From an uncultured Desulfatitalea sp. (GTDB lineage: Bacteria > Desulfobacterota > Desulfobacteria > Desulfobacterales > Desulfosarcinaceae), in NCBI GenBank assembly GCA_963668675.2, contig CAXXMB010000002.1:2624001-2688000 (forward strand): a DNA stretch of 64,000 nt, written 5' to 3'. Shown here piece after piece: positions 61,144 through 64,000 of the stretch. The notes beneath the pieces are model-generated. The model worked only from the letters and a program-made list of their open reading frames with translations, was not told the DNA's origin and did not search any database. The position numbers were made by a program, and so were the translations under genes. The number at the start of each line of letters is the position of its first letter. The stretch's first letter is position 1.

Positions 61144-61452
61144 ATGGGCGCAAAGATGATGTTCGGTGAAAGACGATTGCATGAGCGTAAAACCTGCACC
61201 TTTTCGGTCGACATTAACGACTACACCAAAATCTACAGTTGCCACCTGAGGGATTTGAGCCTCGGCGGCGCGCTGGTGGAGCACCCCGAAACATTCAAAC
61301 CCAAGCTGGGCCAGGAATTGCTTCTGACCATTCCCTACAGGAAAAGAATGGGATACGTAATGGTCAAGGGCGAGATTATCAGGGCCAGGTTCGGCAGATT
61401 GGCGATTGCTTTTCAAAAACAGGAAAGAGCGTCATATTACAAGTCCATCTGA
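61144..61452 (+). CDS. Stand-alone PilZ-domain protein
   Basis: RxxxR (RRLHER) and DxSxxG (DLSLGG) c-di-GMP motifs; AGGAG RBS. Confidence 0.85.
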   Translation: MGAKMMFGERRLHERKTCTFSVDINDYTKIYSCHLRDLSLGGALVEHPETFKPKLGQELLLTIPYRKRMGYVMVKGEIIRARFGRLAIAFQKQERASYYKSI

Positions 61453-61478
61453 TGCCCCCCTCACCCCTTTAGAACGAT

Positions 61479-61517
61479 CTTTACCCAATCTTTACATGCG
61501 CTTTATGGCGCCTTTGA
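61479..61517. promoter_or_regulatory. Four phased CTTT(A/G) repeats upstream of msrAB (OmpR/CpxR-type site)
   Basis: CTTTAC at 61479 and 61490, CTTTAT at 61501, CTTTGA at 61512: exact 11-bp period. Confidence 0.5.
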
Positions 61518-61625
61518 TTACTTGCCTTATAGTGGGTCAGGTTTGAATCACTTCCATGGCGGGCCTTGCGGCACCACATGACGCCTGAGAGGCCGCCCAA
61601 CCTGGAGCGATAAGGGAGGTAATCC

Positions 61626-62807
61626 ATGAAGACGATTATAATGGCCACACTGGCGCTGTTTGCAATTATATTCGGCTATAACCACATTTCAGGCAAACGT
61701 GTTGTTGCCGATCACCATGAAGCGGCCATGCCGGGAAAAACCGCCAGCGCTGTTTTCGCCGGCGGTTGTTTCTGGTGCACAGAGTCGGATTTCGAAAAGG
61801 TCGACGGCGTGATCGAAGCCATCTCGGGATACACCGGCGGCCATGCCGCCAACCCGACCTACGAGCAGGTCTCGGCTGGAGGCACGGGGCATATTGAGTC
61901 GGTGAAGGTGCTCTACGATGAGGATAGGATCTCCTATGAGCAGCTTCTCGAGGTGTTCTGGCGGCACGTGGACCCCACCGACGCCGGCGGCCAGTTCGTG
62001 GACCGGGGTTCCCAGTATGTGAGCGCCATTTTTTATTCGGATGACCGGCAACGGCAATTGGCCGAAGCCTCCAAGGAGCGCTTGGCGTCCTCCGGCCAGT
62101 TCGACAAGCCCATTGCCACCCGGATAATGCCGCTCGAGGAGTTTTACGAGGCGGAAAAATATCACCAGAATTATTACAAAGAGAATCCGATTCGCTATAA
62201 ATGGTATCGGTCCGGATCGGGACGTGACCGCTTCCTGGAAAAGGCATGGGAGATGGACAAGTTCGCCGGCGAGGCCGAAAAAAGAGCCACTGAGATGGGC
62301 AAGAGCGGGGCGATGAAGGAGGGTGGGGCGTACAAGCCCGTTCCCGACGACAAGACCCTGCGTGCCACACTGACGCCCCTTCAATATAAGGTCACCCGGC
62401 ACGAGGGGACCGAGCCGCCGTTCAGAAATGAATATTGGGACAACCATGAAGCGGGCATCTATGTCGACATCATCTCGGGAGAGCCGCTCTTCAGCTCGAC
62501 CCACAAGTTCGAATCCGGGACGGGGTGGCCAAGCTTTTACAAGCCCCTTGAACCCGGCAATGTCATCGAGCGGTCCGACCGCAGCCTCTTCATGGTGCGC
62601 ACCGAGGTGCGCAGCAAGCACGCCGATTCCCACCTGGGGCACATCTTCAATGACGGCCCAAAACCTACCGGCTTGCGCTACTGCATCAATTCGGCCGCTT
62701 TGAGATTCGTTCCTCGGGAGGATCTGGCGAAAGAGGGCTACGGGCGATATCTCTCGCTTTTCAATATGGAGAGCACCGACAGGGCCCATAACGACAGCTC
62801 GGAGTAG
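61626..62807 (+). CDS. msrAB: Exported/anchored bifunctional peptide methionine sulfoxide reductase MsrA/MsrB
   Basis: Hydrophobic N-terminus, [36 protein letters not shown]. Confidence 0.95.
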   Translation: MKTIIMATLALFAIIFGYNHISGKRVVADHHEAAMPGKTASAVFAGGCFWCTESDFEKVDGVIEAISGYTGGHAANPTYEQVSAGGTGHIESVKVLYDEDRISYEQLLEVFWRHVDPTDAGGQFVDRGSQYVSAIFYSDDRQRQLAEASKERLASSGQFDKPIATRIMPLEEFYEAEKYHQNYYKENPIRYKWYRSGSGRDRFLEKAWEMDKFAGEAEKRATEMGKSGAMKEGGAYKPVPDDKTLRATLTPLQYKVTRHEGTEPPFRNEYWDNHEAGIYVDIISGEPLFSSTHKFESGTGWPSFYKPLEPGNVIERSDRSLFMVRTEVRSKHADSHLGHIFNDGPKPTGLRYCINSAALRFVPREDLAKEGYGRYLSLFNMESTDRAHNDSSE

Positions 62808-62851
62808 GCTCTGTCGAGAACGTCGCTCCTCGGGATATCCAAACCAAAACG

Positions 62852-62892
62852 GCCCGGCCAACGATCATTCGTTGTACCGGGCCATTTTTTTT
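62852..62892. terminator. Intrinsic terminator of msrAB (possibly bidirectional)
   Basis: GGCCCGG-CCAACGA-TCAT-TCGTTG-TA-CCGGGCC followed by A and eight Ts, preceded by AAAA. Confidence 0.7.
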
Positions 62893-62933
62893 AATATTCG
62901 CTGTTGCCAGGCGGGGGAGTAAGGCGGGCAGGG

Positions 62934-63080
62934 TCAGCTGCTTTGCTCGAGGCGGCAACTGTCCCGACACACGCGCAGATCTTCGACGCATCCCGAAGGC
63001 ATTTTACGGGTACACTTGGTAAATTGTGCTTCACATAGGCTCATGCAGCCGTTCTTGGTTTCATTTGTGGAATCGCTCAT
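62934..63080 (-). CDS. Unannotated 48-aa six-cysteine small protein
   Basis: GGAGGG RBS, ATG at 63080: MSDSTNETKNGCMSLCEAQFTKCTRKMPSGCVEDLRVCRDSCRLEQSS*; too short for the ORF track. Confidence 0.7.
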   Translation of the reverse strand: MSDSTNETKNGCMSLCEAQFTKCTRKMPSGCVEDLRVCRDSCRLEQSS

Positions 63081-63548
63081 GGTATCCCTCCAAATCCCCG
63101 TTTGGCGGGGAGCTTAATGTTTAAGGTGAATCCTTCAACGTTTCTCAAACTTACCCTACGATAACCACTCCTGCCCTGCCGGCAAGCCCTTTCGCACGAT
63201 AGTCCCTTAGCGCCGTCGGTATCGTTTCTCGATCGTGTGAGTGGTTGAGACCATGGGTAACATAAATCGATGAGCGCTGGTATGGTGGTGAATCAGGCAA
63301 ATTGCGCCCGTCCCGAACCCACATGCTTTTTAACGGTGCGGCGGTCGAGCCGCACTTGCTGGGCCACCTCTCCGATTTCGTCGAGGGAGATGGCGCCATG
63401 CGGAGTGCAGCGGGCAAACGGCATCGGCAGGCTGAGCTCACCGGCCTCTGGGATTTTGTATGAGTTCGTCAAGAGTGATTTTCGTTGAGCGGTTCTCCTG
63501 TGAGTATCGGCCGTATCTGTCGTTTGGCCATGGCCAACCTGGCATGGA

Positions 63549-63890
63549 TCACTTGGTTAGTTTCGGATTGTTCCAATGCCGCCTGGCATCGCGGTCGGCT
63601 TTTTTGTCCAGGTTGCGGTTGAGGGCCGCAGTCAGATCCACGCCGGTCTGGTTGGCGATACAGGTGAGCACGAACATGACATCGGCCAGTTCGTCGGCCA
63701 GGGCCTCTTCTTCGCGGGGGCCGTCTTTAAAGCTCTGCTCACCATGGAGCCTCACCATGAGGCGCGCCACCTCGCCCACCTCTTCCATGAGGATACCCAG
63801 GTTCGTCAATTCGCTGAAATAGCGCACACCGAAACGCTTGACCCATTGGTCTACCTTGGTTTGGTACGCGTCGAGTGTCATTGTCTCCAT
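63549..63890 (-). CDS. MazG-like nucleotide pyrophosphohydrolase (YpjD-like)
   Basis: RYFSELTN, LMEEVGEVAR, DELADVMFVL...ANQTGVDL. Confidence 0.88.
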   Translation of the reverse strand: METMTLDAYQTKVDQWVKRFGVRYFSELTNLGILMEEVGEVARLMVRLHGEQSFKDGPREEEALADELADVMFVLTCIANQTGVDLTAALNRNLDKKADRDARRHWNNPKLTK

Positions 63891-64000
63891 GGAATCTCCT
63901 GTTTGTGTGACTCAGGCCGCGCCCGAGATCAGGTCGCGTGGCGGCCATGAACAGACGGGGCGGTGCTCGATACAAGCGCCGCCCCGTCTAATAGTTGTAT

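Noticed and set aside
63451..63476. TTTTGTATGAGTTCGTC, similar to the right end of the MITE
   Set aside because: No matching left end, core or target duplication found.

Overview
Gene-dense, mostly accessory window from what looks like an anaerobic deltaproteobacterium (Desulfosarcina/Desulfobacteraceae-like; inferred from gene content and repeat families, not verified). Left to right: a partial exported-protein gene; tRNA-Val/tRNA-Asp; an MFS transporter; a cold-shock cluster (Csp, RRM protein, DEAD-box helicase); a FabK/nitronate monooxygenase-like flavoenzyme; a thioredoxin-fold protein coupled to a UGSC selenoprotein that the ORF track splits at an in-frame TGA; a family I CoA transferase; a Zn dehydrogenase; a large FAD/Fe-S oxidoreductase; a MacAB-TolC-type efflux operon bracketed by two EF-hand genes, with an atypical response regulator and a divergent BaeSR-like pair; four family III CoA transferases with a 4-hydroxybutyryl-CoA dehydratase-like enzyme and a crotonase; oadGAB; a Kef-type antiporter; a sulfatase and a phosphatase; two radical SAM enzymes; an ADP-forming acyl-CoA ligase; a degenerate integron cassette; msrAB; and a MazG-like gene. 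Most interesting: (1) an OxzAB-like acyl-oxazolone locus whose N-acyltransferase is fused to a complete Crp/Fnr module and is followed by a PilZ gene; (2) the UGSC selenoprotein with a well-placed SECIS; (3) an unannotated 48-aa protein with a symmetric six-cysteine pattern behind a structured leader; (4) a MITE family that targets AANNTT and supplies the stop codons of two genes. All calls were made by eye from motifs; no searches were run.
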